Part shown: in pieces, positions 38,488 through 51,178 of the stretch
How positions within the stretch are numbered: the first letter of the stretch is position 1
How the letters are laid out: each line of letters begins with the position of its first letter
NCBI GenBank assembly: GCA_000708835.1
Contig: DF237129.1
Span: 94,907 to 158,906, forward strand
From: Klebsormidium nitens
Taxonomy: Eukaryota; Plantae; Klebsormidiophyceae
Direction of reading: 5' to 3'
Length of the DNA: 64,000 bases
The notes under the pieces: generated by a model
Told to the model about the DNA's origin: nothing
Database searches by the model: none
What the model saw: the letters and a program-made list of their open reading frames with translations, nothing else
Program-made: the position numbers and the translations under genes

Positions 38488-40155
38488 TGATACAAAGCGA
38501 ATGCTCCTTTTCGAAAGTAGACTCCCTTCCTTGTCCAAAGAGCGGAATCGTTTCACCAGTTTATACCACCTGCGCATCTCATTCTGTTTGCTTCATATTC
38601 TATTTATGTTGGCACAAGGCCGGAAGGCTTGACTTGAAGCAAAAGCAGGCCTTCAAAGTTTGAAGAGATCATTTGCGGCCATCAGAAATGGCCCCCCATT
38701 CCCAAGCGAAACCAGTTCAAGAAGCCTGCGCACTCGTTGCAAATTGAGCTGAACTGGTCTCTGGAGTCCGGTCTAGGACTCCAGAGGATCCTAGCTGTTG
38801 CCAATATATGGCGACCCGCCTTTGCTGAGTTGGCACGGATTGCTGGCGACGTCAATCTGGAGACGTGCGATCCCTTCGCGTGTACGATCGAACGGCTTCC
38901 AGATCGTGTGAAAAGGTTCTTCTGTGGAACCCGAGCATGGTGTACGGTCGACCCGCGATCACGCAACATTGACAAGCCAGCCAAGCAAAGCAGTCAAGCT
39001 ACTGAAGCAACAGACGAACATATACCTTTTTGTTCAGAGACCAAGAGATGTTATACAGTTATACAGAGAGAAGTCGGCCAAATGGTTGGTAAAGTGAAGT
39101 TTCGTGTAACTTGATGACTTGAATCCTGTTCGAATGTACATACATGAGAAAGTACAGATACAGATCTCAGGATCAACAAATTGCATGTGAGAATTTCACC
39201 ACCTTGATCAATTTGATCTGTCGCCTCGTCTTTCAACTTAAAGGCCATTTCGCATCTACTCTTCGTCGGCTTCAAAGAGTATATAGCTGGCTGCAAATAT
39301 GGCAGAAGAACGCACACACTTCTCTCAATATCTCAATATGACATGATGTCTAGGAAAGACTGAGGAATCAGCAGGTTGCACTTTGTCACATCTTCGCAAG
39401 ATGGTCTAGGATCACGAGCGTAGCAACTGCTGAGAGTGTCGAAGGTCCAGCTGTGCTCGTAGCGAGACTGCACAGGCGAGAAGTTCAGAACCGCAAACGG
39501 CGGCTATATCTCCGTTGTCAACAGCGTTAGTTTGCATTACTCGGACAAGCGCCCTCTTAATAAACGAAAGCAACAGGCCAGGCGGTTTCTCAAAGGTTTG
39601 AGTAGGTGAAAGTAGGCCGATCGACAAGAGGCCGGAGCAAAAACGAAAATAGTTTGAAGAATGGCCATTAGCTGTACATGTACAATTCGGTGCTGGGTTT
39701 ACTGTGCTGGCTGACGTGCTCGATCGAGCGGAAGGAACGATACCATTCTTCGAAAAGTCTATCTGGATCAGGACCGGGTCGCTCGACAGCGACGATGAAG
39801 GTGAGTGCTTTCAATTTGAGTAAGTTAGTGCCGCCTCATATCAGATCCTGACCTTATCTCACTTAGTCGTCAGCTTGTGTCCAATTTCTGATTTTGTTTG
39901 AGAAGTGAAGCAGCCTACTCGAGTGTCGTCACCAGGATAAGGTCCGACTAGTCCTCCCAGAAGTATAAGTCATGAGCAGCGTCGACGTCCTCAAGCTCCT
40001 ATCTTAAGCTGGGTTGACATGTTAAGAACGATAAACAGCAGTATATCTGCATAACAGCTGCTGCCGCTATCCATTCAATGCTCAGATTCACTTGCTCCTG
40101 CTAACGAACGCTGATCCACTTACTCTGATGCCTATTAAGAGCTCGAATAAGCACT

Positions 40156-43100
40156 CTACTTCTTGGCGGGCACCAGGGCATACGCGCGCACATAATCCAC
40201 CAGGAACACGTTCATGCTTGGGTCCTTCAGAGAGGCCACGTCAGGCAGGCCGTACTGCTTGAAAACTTCGGTGTCGAAAAACAGGTACGAGGCCTCGGTG
40301 AACGGCGCCTTGGGAGTAATTGTGGCTGCCAGCTGGCCGTCGAAGTAGAACTGCAGCTTTGTGGGGCTCTGCCACCAGAAGCCGTACACGTGGAAGTCGG
40401 AGGTGATCGTACCGGTCGGCAGGCGGTAGAAGTACGGCGTGGTCAGGTCGCCCGTTTGGCTGGGGCCTCTGCCTGTCGGATACTGCAATCGAGGAAAATG
40501 GAAGAGAAGCTCAGGACTGTGAAGGATAACGAAAGCTTTCAGACGATTTTCAAGCAAAGATTGGCATCCAGATTGGCGTCGGCTGGAGAATGGGGGCCTC
40601 AACAGGTAATGAGAAGGAGATGGACGTAAAGGATTGAGGTGAAAGGAGTTCGAAGTGCTTGCGGGAATGTACATGAGGAGAAAGGCCGTTCGTTGGCCTC
40701 GTTCCGCAGAGCACAGGGCCAACGGTGCTTGACTTACTTTTGTGTGCCCTTCGCTCCGCGAAACAGGGCAAGATGTGACGTTAATTAAGCACCTCAAGAT
40801 GGCGCGGAGCAACAACACATGCAGGCATTGGAAAAGAGATGCACACGGCTACGCTTGGATGGCGAGATGAAAACTCAGCGCGTGTGAGAATGACTGTATC
40901 TATCATTCAGTCGCAGAAAAAGTGGTCTTTAGAATGATCATGAGCACAAAAAAAGGAAAGGCAAAACGACTAGTCCTTACGTAGTGCGTGTTGATCGGCA
41001 TGTAGCGGCTGCGGAAGTTGGCTGAATTGCCAATAGTTTCGGTGACGTCAGTCTCGGTGTGCACGGACTGGAACCAGAACGATGACGGCATCAGCAGGTT
41101 GGAGGCCTTCATACGCGTCTCGTAGAAGCCGAGACTGGCGATCGGGCTGTTGCTCGCGAGCGCGGCGGCGCTGATCCACGGGTCGTTGTAGGGGTCAGCC
41201 ACCTGTCGAAAGATCAGGAAACCACGTGGCCCGTGTGTTTGGATGTCAGTTGCGACAAAACGGTTTCAAGTTTCTTCGTGGTCATACTTTGGTCTCTCGA
41301 CCTGCATTTTCCTGGTTCGAATCATCGTTCAATCCACGTAAAACTCTAAGATGCAGGCTGATTTTGGCCCCATTTGTGAATGGATCTCTGATAATGGGTC
41401 TCAAAGCGGCCACGGGGGCGGACGGATTCAAAAGGACTTACGTTTCCGAATGATGAAAGTCAGTCACAATGGATTAGTCCACAGAGAGAGTCGTTTGACG
41501 GCGATCCTTTCGGAGGTCTACGTTCTCTATACGTTTGCTGCTTATTTGAAAATGGATCTTGCTGTCAACAACTGTATTCTTGTTTGACACACGCTACACA
41601 AGGATGTGACGAGGTATAAGGACTGCCTCAGGAGACCTTTCCTTTGCAGATCCTCAAACTCGAAGAACGGCTATTTTCTGCAATTGCCTCCCGATTCCCC
41701 GATCCCCCGATCCCCCGATCCTCCATATCCAGCTCCTTCCCCGTTCTCATTCCACCCCAGAGTTGAAGAGTTCCAACGTCGTTCCGACAGAAACGCAGTG
41801 CCGAACGCAATCGCCCACCTGGTTGACGTTCGTCACAGCCGTCGTTGACGTCAGCCTGGCGTAACCCCCGCCCACCGCCACGTTCGCGGTGCTGTACTGG
41901 CTGGGCAGCCGGCCCGAGTAGTACGGAATGATGGGCTGCCACTTGCTCCGGTCGAGCGAGTCGCCGTTAAACTCGTCGGTTAGAGCCCGGTTAACAACCC
42001 ACCGGTAATCGGCCGGCGGCGGGGGAACGTGCTCCTCGGGAGCCGCAGCGGTCGGGGAGGGGGTGACCGGGGGAGGGTCTGGGTCCGCGCACGTGGCCAG
42101 CGGTCCGTCGTTCGGGCCGCAGCCGCTGGGGCAGCAAGTCATGTTCTGGCCGTCGTAGTTGAAGCACGGGTTGGGCGCCTGAATGGCGCAGACTACAGCG
42201 TCAGGTTCTCAAGAATATTGAGGATTAATGAACACGAGGATATGGCGTGCGCGCATCGGAACCGCCCTAAGTTGGCGGATCGGCAAGAACCTTGGCTATC
42301 CAAAGAATATTGCCGTTGCAAACGGCTGGCTCTAGCTTAGAGCACAACCCACAAGTATCGTGCAATCTGCGTGAGGCAAGGAAGCAACCTGGCGTGCAAC
42401 CGCTTGAGTCCGGGAAGGAAATTATGCAACGTGCAACTTGCAAGAGGTCCTCGAGAGCATGATTCTGGCATTCAAGAGAAGACTGAATTGAACCTAGACA
42501 TCGCGCTCCGATGTGATCAGAGATGAGAAAACGGGACGCTTGAGTTTCGCCTCCAAAACCAAAATCACATGTATCGAAAGCGTGGCCGCTGATCAGCCTG
42601 ATATAAGTCCCCTTCCGACGGCTCTGACCCGCTTTGAAGTCCTGAATAGAGACTGGAGATTTGGAACTCTTTGAGGCTGCCCATCTGATCAGAACAATTC
42701 GAAAAGAAACGAGATGCGAAGGGGTCATCGTAAATCAAGAGCAAAGCAATCTGTTCGTCGTAGTCTGGCTGTTTGTAGTGTAGTCTGTTTGAAGTCTGGT
42801 GACCGAATACAGTTGCGTGAAGCTACAGGAATACCAGGGCAGTCCAAATCTCGACGCCGTGAAAATAGATCGCTCACATCCGTGGTGCACATCTGTGCGC
42901 AAGTCGCGACGGGTCCGACGTTCGTTCCGCAAACGGACTCACAGCACGCCTTGCTGCTCTTGTCAAAACTGCATAGATTCCACCACGCCATCAATAAGTA
43001 CGGGAGATTCACTTCTGAACCAGTCGAAGCGTGCGACTCCTGCAATACGTTCTACACCGGCTGTAGGTAAATTCTTAGCCATGTACTTCTGACGTTGCCC

Positions 43101-44823
43101 TCAAAATGTGACCGTCAGCAAAGCATCGGAAGGTTGGCGGTGACTTGAAGGCAGACCCTGAAGGCAGCTCTTTCGATTCAAACGTGGGCTCTTGCTAGTG
43201 AGGAAAGTATGATATTTTCTAAGCTGACTAGTTTCTAAGTCCGGCCAGATATAAATATAATTGGTCTTCAATGAGAAATAACAAATAAAACCGCGATCGC
43301 TCGCAAGCTTGTAAGAGCTTCTACGAAACCACTCACTTCCAGCAAGGGTTGGAAGCCCAGTCAGGGCAGGGGTCATCCGGAAAGACGACGATCAATTCCC
43401 GTCTGCTTAGGGTGTCCGCACAAAGGAGATGGAACATCAAACTCAGAGGCTAAACGACTCCCTTCGCGAGAATGAAACAGCCGGCAATCTGCTATAAGAA
43501 AATCATGTTCGCTTCTTCTGGTCACCCGGAGTGCCTAGTATCTGCTCCTCGGATGTCGATAAATGCAGTCAACAAACAGATACGGTGTCAAGGAAGGAGG
43601 CCAATAAAGGTCTCCACATGAGCCCTTCTTCTGAGGAATTCAATGAGATTTTCGGAAGACCGACGTGCCTGAGCATCTGGCAGATGTACGATCAGGATCC
43701 ATTTTCTTCCTGAATTCTCTTGAAGTCCAATTAGTTCAATTTGTTGATCCATACCCAGTGCAGATAACCCACCTGGGAAGACGCTAATCTCCTCAAGGTA
43801 GACACAATATCCTTCCTCCGATCCATATAAGGCGATCTCGAGGGTCTCGGTCGATGTATGGGCGACAAATCGACCAACGTTAGCGGTATCGTTATCCACC
43901 GCCGATGCGAAGATGGGGACTGACTCGACCGACAGGACAAGATCGACCGGCTTGTCCGTCTTCAAACGGAGTGAAAAGACGTAGGCGGTGCCTGGCACAA
44001 GCAGGGGAGACATGAAACATTCGGAGTATGCAAAGAATGCTGGTTGGGCTCTTTCTGTAGCCAGTGGTCAGCATCCGAAGCTCCAAGGCTCAGAACGCCT
44101 TTTCAGGTCGGTTGCTGCTAATATCAAGCGCGGGGACGAAAATTGTATACGTACACTTCTTTTCAAAGCAGTAGCCACGGCAGCTATCCACAATTTGTAT
44201 TTTTACGTTGATTCTATTAGCTTAGTTGAAGAGACCCGTGCCCAGGCTTTCCTTTGTAAGAGTTTGACGCTATCTGGCAACAGCTCTCCTTTTTAAACCA
44301 AGATTTTCTCGCAGTGTCCATTTTCCCAAAAAGACTCCAAGGATCAGGAACTTCAAAAAGGCTTCTTGCAGTTGCGCATCTAAAAAGGTAAACCGGGAGA
44401 GAGAGCACTGTAAGGTTATGCTAGAGGTAAAGCCTTTCACGAAAAGGCAGGTATGAATGGAATCCGCACAGGGCTTTCCTAATGACACCACCACAAGAGT
44501 TAGACTAGAATCTATTGCAACCAAAATATCGATACGATTCCTTTCGCTCTCAAACTTATCGGCAGAGTACCTGGGGTCAAGCAGGCGAAGGCTCCCCTCA
44601 GTTTGGCCCCTTCTTTTCCCAGCTCCACCTTCACAGACCCCGCACTCAACTGAGGGGATCCCTCTGGAACCGACACGATTCGCCCCTCAAAAGCAGTCCA
44701 CTCTCCAATCAGGCGCGCTTCGCCCGGAAAGCTAGGACCATCCTTTTCAGAGCTGCCGTTGACAAGAAATGCGTAAAGAAGGGCGACCAAGAAGGTAAGA
44801 CGAAATCGGCGATAGGTCGCCAT
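40156..44823 (-). CDS. Secreted GH16 glycoside hydrolase A (beta-porphyranase/agarase-like) with a CBM-like domain and two Cys-rich modules
   Basis: Exons are 44823-44571 (signal peptide), 43991-43773 (PGTAYVFSLRLK, CBM-like), 43402-43337, 42968-42878, 42178-41819, 41202-40981 and 40482-40156. Motifs include DEFNGDSLDRSKW, GFYETRMKAS, SSFWF, catalytic ETDVTE, DFHVYGFWW and VDYVRAY. The join from 43773 to 43402 is off by one phase, so a small exon is missing or the 5' part is a separate gene. Confidence 0.8.
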
Positions 44824-46702
44824 ATCGGCTCGATTCGCTAGGTAGGGGAGTCAAGGTGGCTCGTTTAAGGCAAGAACGGGTCGGAATCGAAGCTTCGGCG
44901 CGCCTTTCTGTGCTAAAGAGAATCTGTTGCGCCCACGTGTTTGTATCCGAATAGAAGAGTCCTATCTGAAGCCATCTGAGCTTTGCCTGGAAGACTTCTG
45001 CTCAGCCTCGGAGGCACGGTCTGCGCCCCAACGCGCTTCGTACTGGAGTACTGTTGTCCTAATTAGCATCTTCAGGAGCTCGAGGCATTGGTTGCGCCAG
45101 CTGTGAGGCACTTGCTGGCTGTACGGTCTCGATAGTGTTGCAAGGCAGTTGTAAAGTTCGGCGCGGCCTCGAAAAGGGGGCGACACTTCAGTGATGGTTT
45201 CGAAATGCTCCTGTCGCTCGAACAGTCCGATACTCATCGAGACGGTCCTGGGACGTGCCAGCAGGCTTCGAGCTAGTTTTGACGTACACACCCAGCCTGA
45301 AAACACAAAATTTGCAAAGAAGATGGAGACAGAAGATTCCCATTAAGAAAGTGGTCGGACTGATCGACAAGCAGGAATTGTTCTTGTCGCAAATGGTGAT
45401 GCGGGAATGATGGAGGGCGCTCCATATGCTGCACATATACTGCTGACGGTGCAAACACAAGGCAACTGTTTGTCAGACTATCCAAGCGACTCTCGCGGTT
45501 TTATGAATTTAGATTCGCACTTTCTCAAGGAGCTCTCGGGCCGGAGTAGTTCAAGGAAAAGAGATTGATTCGACTTACCAAAAAGAAAGCCAGGACCGCG
45601 TCTCGAACGACGATTGATGCTACGCTTGACCTCAAACCATGCTCATTGCTGTGCTCGAGCCTAAAGGCAAACGGGAACGCTGCAGAAAGGCCTCATCAGT
45701 CTTGTTAGCGAAAGCTCACGCTTTGCATGAAGAAATCTGCACTCTGACAGAGGCCACTCTGGAAATCCAACCTGTCCGACTAATTGCAAGTTGCACCCAA
45801 GACGATGCTCAGAGCAGACTTTATCATGTCCGGACCTCGTCATGTCCTGCTTTATCATACAAACAGCTCGTCATCAAGTTGTTCCATCATGTGACCGTTA
45901 CCGCGACGCTACTCTGCCCATGTCTGCATGATGCAGTTTCTTCAAGTTGCAAGAGGATGCCTTTTGGGTTCCTCTAAGTATGTCAGTGCTTTGGAAGGAG
46001 AGAAACTCTGTCAAAGGAATTCATGCAGTTTTTCTCGTTACGAACCATACATCCGCCCACGTTTCGTTCGACCCTCGCCACAGACATCAAAGCTGCGGTT
46101 CGCGCGCCGCCTTCTTAAGCAGACGTAACCGCTGATTAAATTGAACTCGTGCCCGACGAAACAATAGTGATTACACTGGATGAATGGTGTGCCCCTTAAT
46201 GTCCTCAGAGCTCACAGCCGATCCTAAGTATCTTCCCTCTTACTTCTTAGCTATCTTCTAAGGTAATGTTCGAGATGAGGGGTTCGCTAGGGGCAACAAA
46301 CACATTGGTTTGCTAGAAGAACAAAGGTTCATCATACTGAATGAAGGTTTTACTGCCGACTGGCGGTACTCCCTGTTATAAGCTACCCGATCCTACTTCA
46401 TTGTGTGAATATGCTTACGAGCGAGCAGACTGTGGGTCGCCGCTTCCTATCATTGCTCGCAAAGAATGGTCGTATCTTTGATCATAATATTCCCAGCAGG
46501 AAAGCCTTCTACGAGTGGTTAACCTATCATAGGGACTCCGTTTTGGCGTGCGAAATTTGCAACGCCGGAGCACTGCTTCGTGACCAATTAATATTCTTAG
46601 TACGAAATGAATGTCTGCCTTCGCGGGTATCTTTATATTGACTCCTAAGCTATGATACACGATTCACTGGCCCAGTGAACGTATCTTCCACTCGTTCCCA
46701 TC

Positions 46703-49700
46703 TCATTTTCCGTTTGGAACCAGGTAAAACGCGCGCACGTAGTCGATCAGGAAGACGTTTTTGCTCGGGTCTTTGAGATCGGCCACACTGGGCAGTCCGT
46801 ACTGACTGAAAACTTCGGTGTCGAAGAACAGGTACTGCGACTCGGTGAAAGGCCCCGCCGGAGTGATCGTGGTTGCCAGCTGTCCGTCGAAGTAGAAGTG
46901 CAGCGTTTGGGCGTCCTGCCACCAGAGGCCGTACGTATGGAAGTCGCCGGAAGTGAGCACGCCGTCCGGCAGCCGGTAGAAGAACGGCGTGGACTGGTCG
47001 GGAGCTTCGCTGACGCCGTTCGGGTACTGCCGGGGTGGAAGCAGGAAGGAAAAAGAGCTTAGCTATTTTAGTACCGAGAGAAGCGCGTGCTTTGAACGAA
47101 TAGAAGTATGTGAGACTGGGCTCGCTGGTGGTTTGAATGGCGCTTCGCAGAATTTGGCGGAGACACTGGAGCCGTTGAAAGTGCGAGAAAGTGGACAAGC
47201 ACAAGCAATCAGAAGCGGTTAATTGGAAAGACAGGCGTCTCTATGTAGAGTCCACGTAGTTGTAGGAACCAAGTCCAGAAGCAAATATGGACCTTCTTTA
47301 CGAATAGATCAAAGCTAGAGGCTTCAAGTGCCTTGCGTCAAAAGCAAGCTTCTATGTTTCAATTCGGCCTTTTCCGATCTTGCCTTTCCGGCCTTCCCCG
47401 ATCGCTGATGGTTATTTACCAAAAGCACCATCTTTAATGTCGCAGCTCGAGTTGAGAGACGTTGTGCAATTCAGGGAACATGAAGCTAACACATTCAGCG
47501 TTCCGGATTAAAGTTCAGAAAAGGACGAAGAGGAATTGGACAAAGTCGGTCTCACGTAGTGCGTATTGATCGGCATGTAGCGGCTGCGGAAGTTGTTCGG
47601 GTCGCCGATCGTTTCAATGACGTCAGTTTCGGTGTGCTGCGACTGGAACCAGAAGGATGACGTCATCAGGATGTCGGAGGCCTTCATCCGCGCCTCGTAG
47701 TACCCCAGGCCCGCGTACGCGCCGGTGCTCGCGAGCGCGGCCGCGCTGATCCACGGGTCGCTGAACGGGTTTGCCACCTGACAAAAGGTTGTCTTGTTTG
47801 GTACGGTTCTGTACACTCGTCTGCATATCTAAGTGGAGAAAGCCTGGCAGATTAACGTCCTGAGTTTCATAGAACGTCATGATTTTCAAAGGTGCAGATT
47901 CGATCATTGTCAGTTGTAGTGCTTGCTGCAACTCGATGATCGCCTGACCACCCAATTTAGGAGGCTTCACAGAACAGATCAATGGATGGTCTCCGAAGGG
48001 CACTGAGTCATCTTCTCCAAGGTTGCCGTCAAACGAAGTGAAAAAGCGAGCGTTTTTGAAGTCTGGCTCTTTTTCTCGGACTGCCCATGGCTTCTCATTC
48101 CAGCTTGCCATGACAGAGAGCCTGAGAATGCATCGCCCACCTGGCTGACGTCGTTCACGGCCGTCGTTGACGTCAGCCTGGCGTACCCGCCACCCACCGC
48201 CACGTTCGCGGTGCTGTACTGGCTGGGCAGCCGGCCCGAGTAGTACGGAATGATGGGCTGCCACTTGCTCCGGTCGAGCGAGTCGCCGTTAAACTCGTCG
48301 CTAAGCCCCGGGTTAGCGACCCACTGGTAACCAGCAGGGGCCGGGGGGAGGTTCGTACCGGGGGGGGTGACCGGGGGAGAAGTGGCCGGGGGGGAAGTCT
48401 CCGGGGGAGAGGTAACCGGAGGAGAAGTAACCGGGGGAGCGGTTTCCGGGGAGGATGTAACCGGGGGAGAGGTAAGCGGGGGGGATGTCTCCGGGGGGGA
48501 GGTTTGCTGGGGGGGAGTGACCGGGGGAGACGTTGCCGGGGGGGAGGTTTCAGGGGCAGAAGTGACCGGTGGAGCAGGAGTGGTCGCGGGGGATCCCGCG
48601 CAGGTAGCCAATGGGCCCCCGTTCGGCCCGCAGCTGCCGGGGCAGCAGATCATGTTCTGTCCGTTCCAGTTGAAGCAAGGATTGGGAGCCTGCAGAGAGA
48701 ACGTAGAGAGGGTTAACGAACGGGTTTCCGTGTTCATGATTCTCTTCGTTGTTGAATCCCGATACGTGCTTCAATACTTGAAGAGAAATGCGGTGGACTC
48801 GGCACGTGAAAGAGTCAGCGGTCAGCAGGATTCGGATGCCGAAAAAATGGAAAGCAGCCGTTCAGTGATGCTTGTACCAATGCTCAATTTGATGATCAGT
48901 GCCCCCACTTTTACGCGGAATCAGGTGCACAAATGCTTCGAAATCTGAGGAACGAAGTGCCGTCTCAAGAAAACCAACACGACTTCCGCATCTTCAGACG
49001 TGTGCCCAGCGACCTTGGATGCGGCGCAGTCACACAGTAAAACTTGGGAAAAAGACGTCGCAAATGGCTCCGCACTTAGAGGCGCAGCACGAAGCAGAAG
49101 CACAAACGTTATAAAATCTGAATGAAGCCGCGAGGTTCAGTGCGGGCACTCGCCTCGGAGGTGCATCCTCCAGTGCAACTCGCCATAGGACCCGTGTTGA
49201 TTCCGCACCCGTCGGGGCAGCAAGCCTTGCTGGAACCGTCCCAGCTGCACGGAACAAGAACAAAAAGAGGGTAGGAAATTGCATCCCAGAACCTGCCAGA
49301 AATGGGTATTCTATGCTGAACACTGCAGGAACGCGAATAACGTCTTGAGATCAGTCTCGGACTCCAAACTCAAGAAAGCATCCGTCATATGCATGGTAAG
49401 GAATTGAAGGGAGTTCTTGTCACGACCGGCCGCAAGTCCGGCGTGTGCGTACATCACCAAAGCTTCTTCATACCGAAATATCAGCGAGCACTAACCAGCA
49501 GCCCACAAAGTTTAAAACTCTCAAATTCAGCCTGATGTATCATGCCATACGCAAGAGCCCTGGTTGAGAGCATATGCAGGGATGTCCTTACTTGTAGCAG
49601 GGATTGGGAGCCGTCGAAGGGCAGGCGTCCCCAAGGGCTACGGAGATCACCTCTCGCCTGGTCAAGGCTTCTGCTGGAAGTTTGTTGGAGTTGGAAGGAG

Positions 49701-51178
49701 AAACTGCAGGAGACGTCTTGCGACTTTAGGAAACCGAATGCTACTCTTCGTGAGGAAGTTCGAACAGAAAATCTACCGGGGCGGTTGATAGAAATGTGCT
49801 CAGATTCGCAAAATATGGGATGATTTCCTTGGAGGGGCCCAGGAAACTTCGTACAGAAGAAGCACTTTAAGGCCACAAGAGATACATTGGAACGAGGATA
49901 AGACGAAGGATTGGGAGTTTGAAGAGTATATGTCTTGCAGAACAATGGCGCCGAACCAGAGAGAAGAGAACAGAAGTCCAAATGACCTGAGTGGTGTTGA
50001 TGCATTCTGCTTATCTTCTCTGCTCTTAGGCTTTTCCAGCATGGGACTTTCCTCAGATCTGGCGGCAATAACGCGAACGTATAGCGACTTTTTGATCGAC
50101 ATTTTTTATCAGGTCCTTGTTCTGATTCAACGAATACAAGCTTCTTCGATCCGAGAAGAAAGACGACACGAGATCTGAGCGGTGAATAGCATCATCCAAA
50201 TAATGAGTTACGGCTGCCCATAACCCACCTGGAGTGATTGTGACGTCATCAGGGTATGCCTCCGCTGCTTTTCCCTTGCCAAAAAGAGAAACCGCGAGCG
50301 TCCCGCTGCTTTCAGCCGCTATGAAGTAGCCGACCTTGACCCTCCCGTCATCCACGGTCGATGTCATGATTGCGGTCGCGCCACTGGAGAAGACTAGGGC
50401 GACCGACGTGCTGACGTCACCCTTCATTTGGAAGGACAGTCTGTAGGCGTTACCTGGGGAAAGGAAAGATGACAATGTCAATGTAAGAAGAGAGAGTCCA
50501 ACAAGAGGGGTGGCTTGGAACAGGCATGTTGGAGGTCGGGAATGCAGTTCGCGTAATCCGTTCTTCATACCCCTTCTCCCGATGGCTGCCATAACCAGAC
50601 TTCACTCTTTATCGCGCCAGGATCGTGCTTATCATACAAAATTACTGTTTCCTGAATGGTTGACAGCGGAACTGGATAATGACGCTCTCTTGCGCGTGGA
50701 AGAAGGTAAAACGCAGGCAAATTGCAGGTACGTCCAACATCGTCGGGCGCAAACTTTTTATATTGACGAAATGTATCCGGTGAGCTTTTCGTGCTCCAGC
50801 TAGGGCAGCCAACAGATGTTCTCTTCTTTGATCGCGCCTAATACACACAAGCTTTGCGCTTCAAAGGTGGGTTTCACAAATTGATAACCCGAGCACAACC
50901 CTCGACAGGTTTTAATGAAAGTATAGCTTCTTCTTGCTTCATTATCCTGACGTACCTGGAACGAAGCCAGTGACATTTCGTTGCAGCACGGCGCCTCTTC
51001 CCCCTAGGTGCGCCGATCCGCCGGGCGCCGAAAAGCTCCTCCCCGGGAACGCCCTCCACTCTCCAACCAGGCTCACTTCGCCCGGAACACTGTTGCTGAT
51101 CTCGCCAGCAATAAGAGCAACCTGGAGAGTCAGAAAGGCAACCGAGAGCGCTGTTGGGAGGTGGGGAGTGGTCGCCAT
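46703..51178 (-). CDS. Secreted GH16 glycoside hydrolase B, tandem paralogue with a long Pro/Thr linker
   Basis: Exons are 51178-50956 (signal peptide), 50453-50229 (CBM-like), 49657-49592, 49244-49154 (GC donor), 48689-48141, 47777-47556 and 47026-46703. Motifs include catalytic ETDVIE, GYYEARMKAS, DFHTYGLWW and YLFFDTEVF. Intron positions and phases match paralogue A, including the same unresolved join. Confidence 0.82.
48355..48595 (-). repeat. Coding repeat with a 15-nt period, (xTSPP)n linker
   Basis: It translates as PPVTSAPETSPPATSPPVTPPQQTSPPETSPPLTSPPVTSSPETAPPVTSPPVTSPPETSPPATSPPVTPP. Confidence 0.9.

Noticed and set aside
38737-39114. 125-aa ORF upstream of lpxA
   Set aside because: It has a non-ATG start, no motif and no supporting splice structure.
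44962-45977. ORFs between the two GH16 genes
   Set aside because: No recognisable motifs were found and I could not build a phase-consistent exon chain.
40156-48300. GH16 genes as plant XTHs
   Set aside because: The DEIDFEFLG motif and XET C-terminal extension are absent.
48600-48689. Cys module as hevein/CBM18
   Set aside because: It shares CC...CG but lacks the S-x-x-G-aromatic-C-G signature, and the Cys spacing differs.
48367-48948. Gly-rich 193-aa plus-strand ORF
   Set aside because: It is the antisense shadow of the Pro/Thr linker exon of GH16-B.
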